Shown here in pieces: positions 12,495-24,013 of a DNA stretch of 64,000 nucleotides. The notes below the pieces were generated by a model, which searched no databases, was not told where the DNA came from, and was given only the letters and a program-made list of their open reading frames with translations. The first letter of the stretch is position 1. Every line of letters starts with the position of its first letter. Source of the DNA: Callorhinchus milii (lineage: Eukaryota); NCBI RefSeq assembly GCF_018977255.1, contig NW_024704742.1, forward strand, positions 101,992,001-102,056,000, in the 5' to 3' direction. Made by a program: the position numbers and the translations under genes.

Positions 12495-13107
12495 AGTCAG
12501 GGATCTGCACAGTTTTAGGGTTGCAAAGGGAAGTTTCAGAACAGACACCAGGTTTTTCTTTATCCAAAGGGTTAATTCATTACTGAAATAAGTTACCAGG
12601 AAACGTGGCTGAGGTCAGGAAGTTGGACTCAATTAAGAAAGAGCTTGATGCTCTAATGGGAGGATGGTAGGGTGGATAATAATAATAATCCTTGCATTTG
12701 ATATAGCGCCTCATCACGTCTTTGAGACGTCTCAAAGTGCTTCACAGAATATACTGTAAAGTGAATTGACTATATTTTGTGGGTAAAACACGGAGACCAA
12801 TCGCACACAGCAGTGTCCCACAAACAGTCATGGATTGAAGTAACCGATTTATTATTTTTTTGAAGACAATATTACCCCCAGAAAAATGATCCGCCAATCG
12901 ACTAACAACTGGATTCTTACTTACTACTAGGTAAACAGGCGTGCAGAGTAATGAAACTTACCCAACGTTTCGCCCTACCGGGAATCAAACCCAGGTCTCA
13001 CTTGTGTAGCGAGTACTCTAACCACTGAGCTACAGGACTCTACACAGATATTCTGGAAGGATGAGATAAAATGAGCCGAAGGGTCTTCTTCATCTGAATC
13101 TCTCTTA
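12495..13107 (+). mobile_element. Old CR1 3' fragment split by a SINE insertion (12676-13044)
   Basis: FRVAKGSFRTDTRFFFIQRVN lies before the SINE; CR1-like tail gagccgaagggtcttcttcatctg follows it. Confidence 0.65.
12676..13044 (-). mobile_element. tRNA-Ala/CORE/Deu SINE, full-length long form
   Basis: Head, cctgtttacctagtagtaag segment, Deu-like body and tail all present. Confidence 0.9.
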
Positions 13108-13194
13108 TACAGAAACTGGTGTGCTGGGAATGCAGTATGACCCCTGTCATAACTCCTGGCCGCTCAGCCCACCCAATATAAACATTGTTCCAGT

Positions 13195-14180
13195 GCCATT
13201 GCTCTTTTGATACATCTGTAAGTGGAATCTCAAGTATCCGTTATTCTCTGTATAATCACTTGGATATCCATGATATCCAGTACTTTCAGATATCCATTAC
13301 TTAGTGAGTATCAATTAAATTCCTCCCACATATTTATTCTCTGTATAATCCCTTGGATTTCCCTTATTTCTAAATACTCTCAGGGGTGTCCATGTAAGTA
13401 AGTACTTTCGAGTATTCTCTGTGTAAGTGGAAATCCTCTCATTTTTGGAGTAAAATGACTTGGAGATGCATTCTTTGTATAATTAATCTGAGCCATCGAT
13501 TGCTTTCTGTATAAGTTTAATACTCCCAGTTATCCATTATTTTCTATGTGATTACATTTGGATATCTATTTTTTGTGCAATTATTTTCAGATATCCATTC
13601 TATGGAATTATAGTACCATCGGATATCTGTTATTCTCTGTGCAATTACTTGGATATTATTCTCAACAACAACAACAACAAGATTCCATTTATAAAGCGCC
13701 TTTCACGTCAGGAGGACGTCCCAAGGCGCTGCACAGTTGGGTCATGACCCGAGCAGGGGGGAAATGGTCAGGGTGAGGGGAGGGAAGGGAGGGAGCGAGG
13801 AGGGGGAAATGGTCAGGGTGAGGGAAGGGAGGGAGCAAGGAGGGGGAAATGGTCAGGGTGAGGGGAGGGAAGGGAGGGAGCGAGGAGGGGGAAGAGAGTC
13901 GAGAGGGGAGCTGAAGGCACGGTCAAAGAGAATGTAATTACATTCTATGTAATTACTCAGATATCCATTATTTTCACTATTCACTCTCCAATGTTAGTCT
14001 TTGTATAATCATTCTGTCTATTGCCTATAATTATATAGATAGCCATTATTCTTTGTGTAATCACTCTCAGATATCCTCTCAGTTGCATCACTCAGATATT
14101 CATTATCTGCTGTATAATTTTGGTATCAATTTTTCTCAGCATTTGCTTAGGCACCCACTATTCTCAAATTAATAACTCTT
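13195..14180 (+). repeat. Degenerate tandem repeat, unit about 30 bp (gatatccattattctctgtgtaattacttg), interrupted by L2 13663-13932
   Basis: Recurrent (t/c)agatatccattattctctgt(a/g)taat(c/t)act variants on both sides of the L2. Confidence 0.75.
13663..13932 (-). mobile_element. Young L2 3' end (3'UTR with three tandem units)
   Basis: (CAA)n, gattccatttataaagcgcctttcacgtc; near-identical to the 51.1-kb copy. Confidence 0.93.
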
Positions 14181-14697
14181 AAGAACTCAGTCGTCAGACT
14201 TATCAACACACTCCTGATGGGCTAAAATTTTCAGAAAATACATATTCCTTGAGAAGATTAATCCTTGTTTTTTGGTACAAGTTTCTATGTAAATATCTAG
14301 ATTTAGGAAGTATTACAAATAAACATATTTTCATGTTTCGAGCATTTGACAGCTATTTCTACTACAACATCCAACCTCACGCCAAACAGCAAAGGGTATT
14401 TTATTGGGAGAAAAGAAAAGTAGCAGAAGACTTTTCCACATCCTACTTTGGGAGTACACATGAAGACAGAAACTAATCTGAGACGGAAATTAACTTTCAT
14501 GAGTTGATGCAGCCAGAGGCTATACAGTAAAGATCAAGATATTTTTGTTGTGATATTAAAGTTTTAACAAACATGTTTGGTCACTTGAAATCTACTTCTC
14601 AGTAAGTATAAATCCCAAATTTCAATAGTTCCTTGATTTTCAACACCAATTTAGTAATCTTTGACAGGGCTGCACGCTAGAGCACTGCGGAGTCCAT

Positions 14698-17600
14698 CAA
14701 CAACAACAACAACAACAAGATTCCATTTATAGAGCGCCTTTCACGTCGGGAGGACAGTTGGGTCGGGACCCGAACAGGGGGGAAATGGTCAGGGTGAGGG
14801 AAGGGAAGGGAGGGAGCGAGGAGGGGGGGAAATGGTCAGGGTGAGGGGAGGGAAGGGAGGGGGTAGAGAGTCGAGAGGGGAGCTGAAGGCACGGTCAAAG
14901 AGAAAGGTCTTGAGACCGGCCTTGAAGGAGGAAAGGGAGGAAGCGGCGAAGGCACTGGGGGATGGAGTTCCAGAGCCTGGGGGCTGAGAGGCTGAAGGCC
15001 CGACCACCGATGGTAGGGCGGTTGGGGCGGGGGATGTGGAGCAGACCGGAGCCAGAGGAACGGAGGGTACGGACAGGTAAGTAGGGGGATAGTAGGTTGG
15101 AGAGGTAGGAGGGAGCAAGGCCGTGAATTGCCTTGTAGGTGAAGATGAGGATCTTGAATTCGATCCTCTGGGGGATGGGGAGCCAGTGGAGGCGAGCGAG
15201 GGTGGGAGTGATGCGGTCGCGAAGCCTGGTGCGGGACAGTACACGAGCTGCAGAGTTCTGAATGACCTGCAGCTTGTGGAGGGAGGTGGCGGGAAGGCCG
15301 GCGAGGAGAGAGTTCCCATAGTCCAGCCTTGAGGTGATAAAGGCGTGGACCAGAGTTTCAGCAGCGTGAGGGGTGAGGTAGTGCCGTAGTCTGGCGATGT
15401 TTCGGAGGTGATGGAAGGCGGTGCCAGTTGTGGTGCGGATATGAGGGAGAAAGGACAGCTCAGGGTCGAACAGAACCCCGAGGTTCCTGACTGGCTTTGA
15501 GAGGTGGAGAGTGCAGCCTTGGATGCTGATGCTGTCAGCGCCTGAGGTGCGGAGGCGCTGACGTGAGCCAATCAGGAGGGCCTCAGTTTTGCGCACGTTG
15601 AGCTGAAGAAAGTTGTCTCTCGTCCAGGACTCGATGTCGGACAGGCAGCTGTCAGGACATCGGTGGTCGTGGAGTTGAGGGTAGAGGAGGAAAGGTAGAG
15701 TTGGGTGTCATCCGCATACATGTGGAAGTTAACCCCATGTCTGCGGATGATGTCACCAAGGGGGAGCATATAGAGGGTGAAGAGGAGGGGACCGAGGACA
15801 GAGCCCTGAGGGACACCACACGAGACAGTGCGGGGCTGGAGGAAAAGCCGTTTGTGGAAACAAAATGAAGACGGTGGGAGAGGTACGACCTAAACCACTC
15901 AAGGACAGGGCCTTGAAGGTTGAGGTGGGAGGACAAGCGGTGGAGTAGGATAGCGTGGTCGACCGTATCGAATGCTGCCGATAGGTCGAGGAGGACGAGG
16001 AGGCAGAGGGAGCCCTGGTCGCAGATGGTCAGGATGTCATTGGTGACCTTGACCAGGGCAGTTTCTGTGCTATGGGCAGCACGGAAACCCGACTGAAGGG
16101 GTTCGAATAATGAATGGGCGGAGAGGAAAAAACGCAGCTGGGAGGCGACAACTCTTTCAAGGACCTTGGACAGGAAGGGGAGGTTGGAGATGGGCCGGTA
16201 GCTTGATAGCTGCGACGCATCAAGGGAGGGTTTTTTCAAAGTGGGAGTGATGATGGCAGTTTTTAGGGGAATGGGAACAGAGCCAGAGGAGAGGGACAGG
16301 TTGATGATGTCTGTGATATGTGGGGCAAGGAGGTGGAGCTGGGAGATAAGGAGTGGAGTGGGGATGGGGTCAAGGGAGCAGGTGGTGGGTTTCAGGGACA
16401 GGATGAGTTTGGTGACAGAGGGTGGGGAAACGGGTTCGAAGGTGTGTAGGGGAGGATGGGTAGGAGTCGGAGTGTGGGAGGGAGGGGTTGGGGGGTGGGT
16501 GGAAGTTGGAGGGGGAGTGACCGCGGAGCGGATTCCCTTGATTTTGGATTCAAGGAAATCCAGCATCTCCTCGCAGTGAAGGTTGGAGGAGATGACCTGC
16601 GCGGGGTGGCGGGGGGACGGAGGAGTCGGGATGTGGTAGAAAACAGTAGCCTGGGGTTGTTCTTCGCCTCTAGTATTATCCTGGAGTAGAAGGATGACTT
16701 GGCCGAGGCTAGAGTAGAGCAGTAGATTTTGAGGAGGTCCAGCCAGATTTGTCGGTGGACCGTTAGGCCAGATTTGAGGCAGGTGCATTCAGTGAGCGGA
16801 GGTGGGTAGTGAACGAGGGGTAGGAGCGAGAGTACGAGACAGTATGGGAGGTGATGGGGGCAAGAGTGTCGAGTGTGGAGGAGAGGGTGTTGTGGAGGAG
16901 GGTGAGAGGAGAAGAGGGGTCAGTGAGGGTTGAAGGCCAGAGGGAGAGGAGTTCAGAGGACTCCAAGGCATCGGTTAGGGATTGTGGGGGTAACTTCTTC
17001 CAGGGGCGGTAGAAGATGGTGGTGGGTCTGGTGGAGGTGGGGAGGGGGTGGAGGTGGTGAAGGAGATGAAGTGGTGATCGGAGATGGCCTTGTCGGTAAT
17101 AGTGACATCCGAGACACTGAGGCCCCGGGTGATCACCAAATCGAGTGGGTGGCCGTGACTGTGAGTGGGGAGTTGATGTGGAGGGAGAGGTTGAGCGAGG
17201 AGAGCAGGGAAGAGAAGTCCGAGGAGATGGAGCAGGAGGGGGTGAAGTGCAGGTTGAAGTCGTCCAGGATGATGAGGCGATCAGAGCAGAGGCAGAGAGA
17301 TGTAAGTAGTGTAGAAATATCGGAGATGAAGGTGGGAGAGGTTTTAGGGGGCCGGTAGAGGAGGAGGATTTTGAGTGAGAGGAAGGAGGGGTGGGAGAGG
17401 GTGAGGTGCTCGAAAGAAGGGAAAGAGCCAGAGGAGTAGGGGAATAGGGCAAGTGGTGCCCTTGAGATAAAGGCTACACCACCGCCACTGCAGTTGGGGC
17501 GAGGGATGTGGCGGGAGGTGTAGCCGGGTGGTGTGGCCTCTGTGAGGGGGAAGGTGTCACCTGGGGTGAGCCAGGTTTCCATTAAGGCCATGATGTCAAC

Positions 17601-18262
17601 GCTCTCATCAAGGATGAGATCGTTGATGACCAGGGCCTTGTTACAGAGGGAGAGGACGTTCTGTAGTCCGATGTGAAAGGGGCGGTTGACAGAAGGCTGT
17701 GTGGGGAGGGAGGGAGGTCCAGGTTGTGAGGCAGGGGTGGGGGAAATGGGGATGAGAGAGGAGAGGTTGGCTCCCCGGGTCTGTGTCCGGGGTGGCTGGC
17801 GAGTGTGGTGGGGAATGGGGCAGTCAGTGTGGCTGCTGCTGGACAGCCAACACCGAGTGCCATGGTGAGCCCGGCGGAGGATTCCCAGGCTGGAACAGAG
17901 GGAGGTTGTGGGAGGGTCAAGTGGGGATAGAATGCGAGAGGGATGGAGAGAGAGGAGGACAGAGCGGGAGAGATGCAGAGGGGGGAGGGTTTGGTGGGAG
18001 AGAGGAGGGGGGAGGGAGGGAAGGGGTGAGGGGGCTTGGGTCAGAGCGGCAGCCATAGTGCGCACGCGGGGACTGGGAGTGAGCGGTCAGGTGGATGGCA
18101 TTAGCCCATAGGCTGGGGCTGGGGCAGCCAACCCAGCAGGACCATTAAATTCTCCCACAGGAGAATTTAAAAGGTAAAATATTAAATTGAAATTGTTAAA
18201 ATAATTAAGAAATTAGAATTGAGGAAAATAATAAAGGCTAAGGACAAGAAATAGAGTAGAAA
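14698..18262 (-). mobile_element. Near full-length L2-clade LINE (APE endonuclease + reverse transcriptase) with (TTG)n tail and no recognisable ORF1
   Basis: EN motifs IGLQNVLSL, ALMETWL, GGGVA, LYRPPK, DDFNLH. RT motifs [51 protein letters not shown]2 C-terminus LHWLPIPQRIEFKI, GGRAFS. (CAA)n on + at 14698. The 5' boundary is approximate. Confidence 0.93.
14895..18065 (-). pseudogene. Disrupted ORF2 (EN-RT) of the L2 element, split by several frameshifts and stops
   Basis: Domains are spread over ORFs 17133-18065 (EN), 15652-16788 (RT N-half), 15572-15769 (YADD) and 14895-15596 (C-terminal). Confidence 0.9.
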
Positions 18263-18264
18263 GT

Positions 18265-18345
18265 TCCAGTTGGACAACCCATACCAACACAATACTGCAG
18301 TCCGAATGGCCTCCATCTGTGCTGTGAAACTCTATGACGCTATTT
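18265..18345 (+). mobile_element. CR1 3' tail fragment
   Basis: ccgaatggcctccatctgtgctgtgaaactctatga. Confidence 0.65.
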
Positions 18346-18573
18346 TGGTTGAGCTGATTTCATGCTTGAATGATTTTGTTGTCACTTATATTGATTTACT
18401 CTAATTTGTTTAGTTGAACATCCATTTTTGCTCTAGAGACTTCAGGAGCTTGTTCCTTACTGTTCTTAGAATTGACCATCAATCGAAGAATTTTCACAAT
18501 TGTGGCTTTTCATAACTATGGATGGTTGTGTTTAGATTAACATTAAACATTTGACAATAATATTCATCACATC

Positions 18574-19153
18574 CAGGTGAAACTACGCTAGCCCCCTGCT
18601 TGTTGGGCTTCCCAACTCTTCCCTCCACAAGCTGCAGATCATCCAGAATTCTGCAGCTCATGTCCTCTCCCACACCAGGCTCCGTGATCCTATCATTTCC
18701 ATCCTTGCCCAGCTCTACTGGCTCCTGATACCCCAGAGTCTAGAGTTCAAAGTCGTCGTCCTCACCTTCAAAGCCATCTGCGACCTTGTTCCTCCCTATC
18801 TCTATGACCTGCTAACTCCATATCGACCTACCTGTTCCCTCCACTTAGCAGGCTCTGGCCTGCTCCATGTACTGCACACGATTCGCCCCACCAACAGCAG
18901 TCGGGTCTTCAGACTGCCCTCACCCTTTGGAACTCAATCCCACAGTACCTTCGCCTTGCTACTTTCATTGCCTCCTTTAACGCCCATCTCAAGACCCTCC
19001 TCTTCGACCGCGCCTTTGGTCACGCTCCTACGCCTACCCTCCCTGCCCTCCTGATCCCAACCACCAGCTCGGGTCCAAATCCCTAACTGTCCAGAACCCC
19101 AGGACTTCCTCCTAACGTGAAAGGCGCTGTACCATTGTAATTTGTTCTTGTTG
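18574..19153 (+). mobile_element. Older L2 3' fragment
   Basis: Degenerate LHKLQIIQNSAAHVL...L.WL..P...FK; L2 tail. Confidence 0.85.
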
Positions 19154-20009
19154 AAATAATAATAATAATAATAAATCTTGCATAATAATCCTTGCATTTC
19201 TGCACTGCAATATAATTGTATTTAATATTTGGGACATTGCTGTGCGCAATTGGCTGCTACATTCGTCCACAAAACACACAGTCACTGCACTTTACAGCAT
19301 ATCCTGTGAAAAGCTTTGAAGTATATTCCTCACATGAAAGGTGCTATACCAATTGTAAAGATAATTATTAATGTAGAAGTTGGGCTTACAAAACTAACTT
19401 TTTATTGTATTACTATTTCTGCCCAAAAATGTTTTGTGTTGAAGTCTGAATTCCGTTATTGAATAAGTGCAGATAAAATTTATCCAGACTAAACATAATT
19501 CTCAGATTGGTCTGTATGTTCTTAAGCATGGTGATGGGTTTCCATCGATGATTAAGCTGATTGAATATTTTATCAAAATTTGATTAGCAGATGGGGCCTG
19601 TATTAAACATTGTCTATCAAACTTCATCAGACACTGAAAAATTGTTCTGCACTGATGATCTGTTACGAGAATCCATCCAGTACTGCTGTTCACTCTTTCA
19701 CATAAGATACTGGAGTGTACTTATCAATCAACTCGTGAGTAATTGATTAAATGTAGATGCTCAAAATTATTTTGATTTTGACCCTACATAAAATATTCAT
19801 GATGGATGTGACACGTCTGGTGCAGGATGGAGTGAGGAAAGGTAATAGTAAAGGAATATTAATATGACTGCAGAGCAAAATTTCTTGATAGAGAAACTTC
19901 TCCCCTTGTTTTGTTTACAATGCAATCTGGCAGTACAATCAATCCCATTATTGAGGAAATGGAAATCATTAACCTTATAATACCATATATTCACCTGTGG
20001 TGAGCACAA

Positions 20010-20652
20010 GGCTCTATCCTTGACCCTCTCCATTCCTCATTTGCTCATTCTCAATGATGTAATCTGTAGACATAGGGTCAATTTCCACATGTATGCAGAT
20101 GATACTTTTCTACTTTTCTACTTTTCCTAGTCAACCTACCTTTCTTCCTTCAGTTGTGCCCCCAGTTTCACCAATGTTCTGTCCACTTCGTCATCAGAAA
20201 TCAAGGCCTGAATGAGCGCCAAAATTCTGTAACTGAATGTTGACAAGACGGAAGCCATACTCCTTGCCTCCCATCAACGTCTTCTTACCTGCAGTTCCAA
20301 CCTTCTTAACCTATCTGACTTTAGACTTACTAAACGTGTGCAGAACCTAGGCATCAGGTTTGATCCTCAGCTATCCTTCCTACTCCATATCCGGTCCCTG
20401 ACCAGGACCGCTATCTATACCTCTGTCACATTGCATGCCTTCAACGGTACGTCACACCCAGTGCAGCCAAAAACTTTATCCACGTATTTGTCACCCCTAC
20501 TCGATTTTTCCAATGCCTCCTCACTGATCTCCCCTGCTCCAACATTCATCAAATTCAATTAATTCAAAACTCCACCACTCATATCCTCACCCATACTACA
20601 CTCCACATCACCATCAGCCCAGTCCTTGCCAGACTCCACAGACTCCCCATTT
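20010..20652 (+). mobile_element. Old L2 RT-region fragment
   Basis: catagggtcaatttccacatgtatgcagatgatac (YADD); QNLGIRFDPQLSFL. Confidence 0.85.
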
Positions 20653-23604
20653 TTCATACAAAAGTACTAAAAAATGAACAACTTTGAGAGTGACGACAGC
20701 AACGCTTATTGCGCATACACACGGGTGGCGTAAGTGTTATAGTTCAGGAATCAACCTTTGTGAGTTCAATATATCAAGCAAATCTTTTAATTCACTTTCC
20801 TTATCTTTTCCCTATCTCCTTTACTACCCTTAATTCCCATCATTACCAATCTATCTTTTAAACATCCAAATTGATTCTGTCTCTACAGCCTCCTGGAGCA
20901 GTGCATCTCACATCAACCTGATTGATAAAAGCTTCACATTGATTCAGGAGTTTCAGTAAACTGTTGATAATTTCACCCAATTTGTTTTCTCTTTCCACTG
21001 TTGTCTTTCCTCCCTTTTCTTCACACTCGTTTTCTGTCATTAAATTACATCTGTTGTTCAAGACAAGTGAAGATGAAACAGCAGTGAAACACATAAGAGA
21101 ACCCATAGCTTTACTGACTCAGCAGTCTTGATTATTTTAACTAGCTTTTTGGGTTGTCCATAGGGGCCATTTTAAAAAATATCAACAACATTGCAAACTC
21201 CCTAAATACGTGAAGCAGTAATGTTGAATAGAATTCTTCATTTTCAATAGATTCAGCCGGTGAATCAGTCAGCAATATCAATGAAGGAATGCTTACATTT
21301 TGCCTACAAGTCAATACCATCCTTCTAAATTGCAGTAATACATTACAGGAATGTTTAAAAAAAAGGTTTATCACATTCCTCTGAAAAAATATATAAAAAG
21401 TTGTTGAGGTTAAGGGACCAGTGACTTTTTGTGTAATATATAATGTTATTACAAAGTATTCTATGTATTCCAACTGTCAATCCTTTCTGATAATAATCAT
21501 CATTACTATTAATCATTGAACACTGGTATGCGGTTGATCAGTGAATTAGTGTCAACAGTGTAGTTACAGAACACATAAAAATACATTTGCAGTTTTTTTA
21601 AAACAAGAATTCTTAGCTGGTATCACTTTTTCACCCAGATAGAATTTCAAATTGTATTAACTCGGCAGTGTTTATAGCCTGCAATGTGGCACTGACATGT
21701 AACAGTAAGTTTTTTATTTGGGGTCACAATAATATTTGTATGTTACTTACTTTAAAATTGTACATTTGGGAGTTGTTTTTCTTGGCTCCCCTCCTCTCCT
21801 ACAGATGCACCAATGTGTGCTTCCATAGGTTTAAAACCTTATTGTTGTTTCTGGGGATTACAGCACTGAAGAAAGCAGCTCCCCAATTGCTTTTCCCTGA
21901 CAATGCTAAATATTTCAAAATCAGTTGAGGCATAAGTCAACAGCTACAGCAAACTAGTCTGTGTAAATGACCAACAACAACAAGATTACATTTGTGTAGC
22001 GCCTTTCACGTTAAATGGAATTGGCCAATATTTTACTCTGAACTTGTTTTCTACATGAAGGTCTGGAGAAATTGGCATCCACAGAAACTGGCATTTATAC
22101 CTGTAATTATACGTCCTCCCAACGTGAAAGGTGCATAATAATTGTAACTTGTTGTTGTATATCATTTTGGTACAGTTTACTGGATTACTAGAGAAGGTAA
22201 AGTTAATTAATCTGTGTACATAAAGTGTAGAGATACCCATGACTTAACTAATTGGGGCTAGTTTATAGATGCGAATGTTTGTGAAAAGAAAAAAAATAAC
22301 AAATCAAAACTTACAGTTTGTAAATATTTCCCATTTTTAAACAATTTAATATCCATTTCCAAGCCAAGGTTTAAACTTGTGAAAATATGTTTGAGCTGTT
22401 TGGCACTCGGCGTTATTGAAACCATATTTTTACCATAGAAGGCAGTTTATCTGAACATGGTGTTGAAGAAAACAAGCACACTGTTTGTGGCTCAATTTTC
22501 TCCAGGATTTATTTCACTTTATAGAGTTCTAAAGTAGCGCAGTTGCATATTGAATAATGGTTCATAATAATTTAAAATATACCTTTATTGATTTGATTCT
22601 TCTGCAGTCTGTAGTTACAGACCTTTGGCAATAATAATGATAATAATCCTTGCATTTGATACAGCGCATTATCGCATCTCAAAGGTAATGTACCATTTAC
22701 CCAGCAAATGTAGGATAACATCTTAAAATGCTTGACAATAGTAATAGCTGAGGAAGGCGGGAGTTGAGGCGTAGACAACCTATTTAGTTACAACCGCCTG
22801 TTGTAACAATGTGAATGTTTCTGTTTCTTACATGCTGTCCCTTTAGTCCCTCTGAGTAAGATTGTCAGGATGTGTGAAAACTAAGTGCTAGTGCTTTTAA
22901 ACCTGTTAACAATCTCACTCGGGACCTATGTTTACCAACCTTTGGAGAATTCACTCTGTTGTGTCTACACACAAGTGAGTTGTAATGAAGAGACTGAAGT
23001 TCACTAAAACACAAAAATCAAGACTTTCGTTGCATTTTTTTGCAGATATTTCAGTCTGGCTGGGATCTATAAGCTGTTTGTGGGACACTGCTGTGCGCAA
23101 ACTGGCTGGCGCATTCACCCACAAAGTACCCCGTCAATCCACTTTACAGTATATCCTGTGAAACAGTTTGAAATGTCTCTACGACGTGATAGGGTGCTGT
23201 ATCAAATGCAAGGATTATTATTATTATCTACTCTGCAGTATGGAATGTCAAACTCAAAACCAAGTTTGGTTCATCTCAGCCCAGTTTCTACTAGTACTAC
23301 ACATATTGACAATCTCATTTAGTAGTGGTAAAGAGATGGTATGTGGGAAACAGAACAATTCACTTTGTACAATATCTTCTGAAACCTGTGGTCAACTGCA
23401 GCAGCTAACTGGCAACCTGAAAGGACTTGGGATTCTGATGTAAAATAAATGCCATGATTCATGAGGGTGGGAGGGGGGGGTCTCAGGAGCTTCGCAAGAG
23501 GTGCTCCAGCTCCAATCATGGAGGTGTTCAGGAAATTTCCTGAAATCCTGTGTAGCCAGTCTGCTGCTAATCACCTGCCTCCTACACGTGCCTCCCCTTA
23601 ACCA

Positions 23605-24013
23605 TGTCAGCCTGGCTTAGTCGATAGCACTGTCACCTCTGAGTCAGAAGGTTCTGGTTTCAAACCCACATTGGGACTTGGAACTCATATAGTCTACGTT
23701 GACTCCAATGCAGTGCTGGGAGTGTGCTGCATTGTCAGAGGTGCTGTTCTTCAGCTGAGATGTTAAACCAAGGCCTGATCTGCCTGTTCTGCCTGTTGTA
23801 CATTAAAGATCCTATGGCACTATTGAAAAAAAGTGAGTTTCACCAATGTCCTGGCCAACAATCTCCTAAATAAACTTGGTCCTTCACTTCATGGCTGCTG
23901 CATTTGCCTACCAAACACATAGTGATTGCACTTTACAGTATCTTGTGAAGCACTTTGGTACATCCTCCCAAAATGAAAGATACTATACCGTATGTAAGGA
24001 TTATTATTATTAT
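23605..24013 (+). mobile_element. Older full-length DeuSINE (SacSINE1/AmnSINE1-like)
   Basis: Head tgtcagcctggctta...gcctctgagtcagaaggtt; Deu domain tgcattgtcagaggtgctg...gagatgttaaacc...aagatcctatggcactatt...tgtcctggccaa. Confidence 0.85.

Noticed and set aside
13195..14180. Possible CRISPR-like array
   Set aside because: Vertebrate context, highly degenerate units, no unique constant-length spacers and no cas genes.
14789..18111. Long Pro/Ser-rich and Gly/Arg/Glu-rich ORFs overlapping the L2
   Set aside because: Alternative or antisense frames kept open by the extreme C-rich/G-rich strand bias of the LINE; not independent genes.
20660..20760. Short CpG-rich patch after an L2 fragment
   Set aside because: No convincing stem, terminal motif or second copy to support a call.
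22685..23053. Possible solo LTR truncating a SINE tail, with an 8-bp hairpin at about 22787-22807
   Set aside because: No TG start, no TSD, no canonical poly(A) signal and no second copy in the window.
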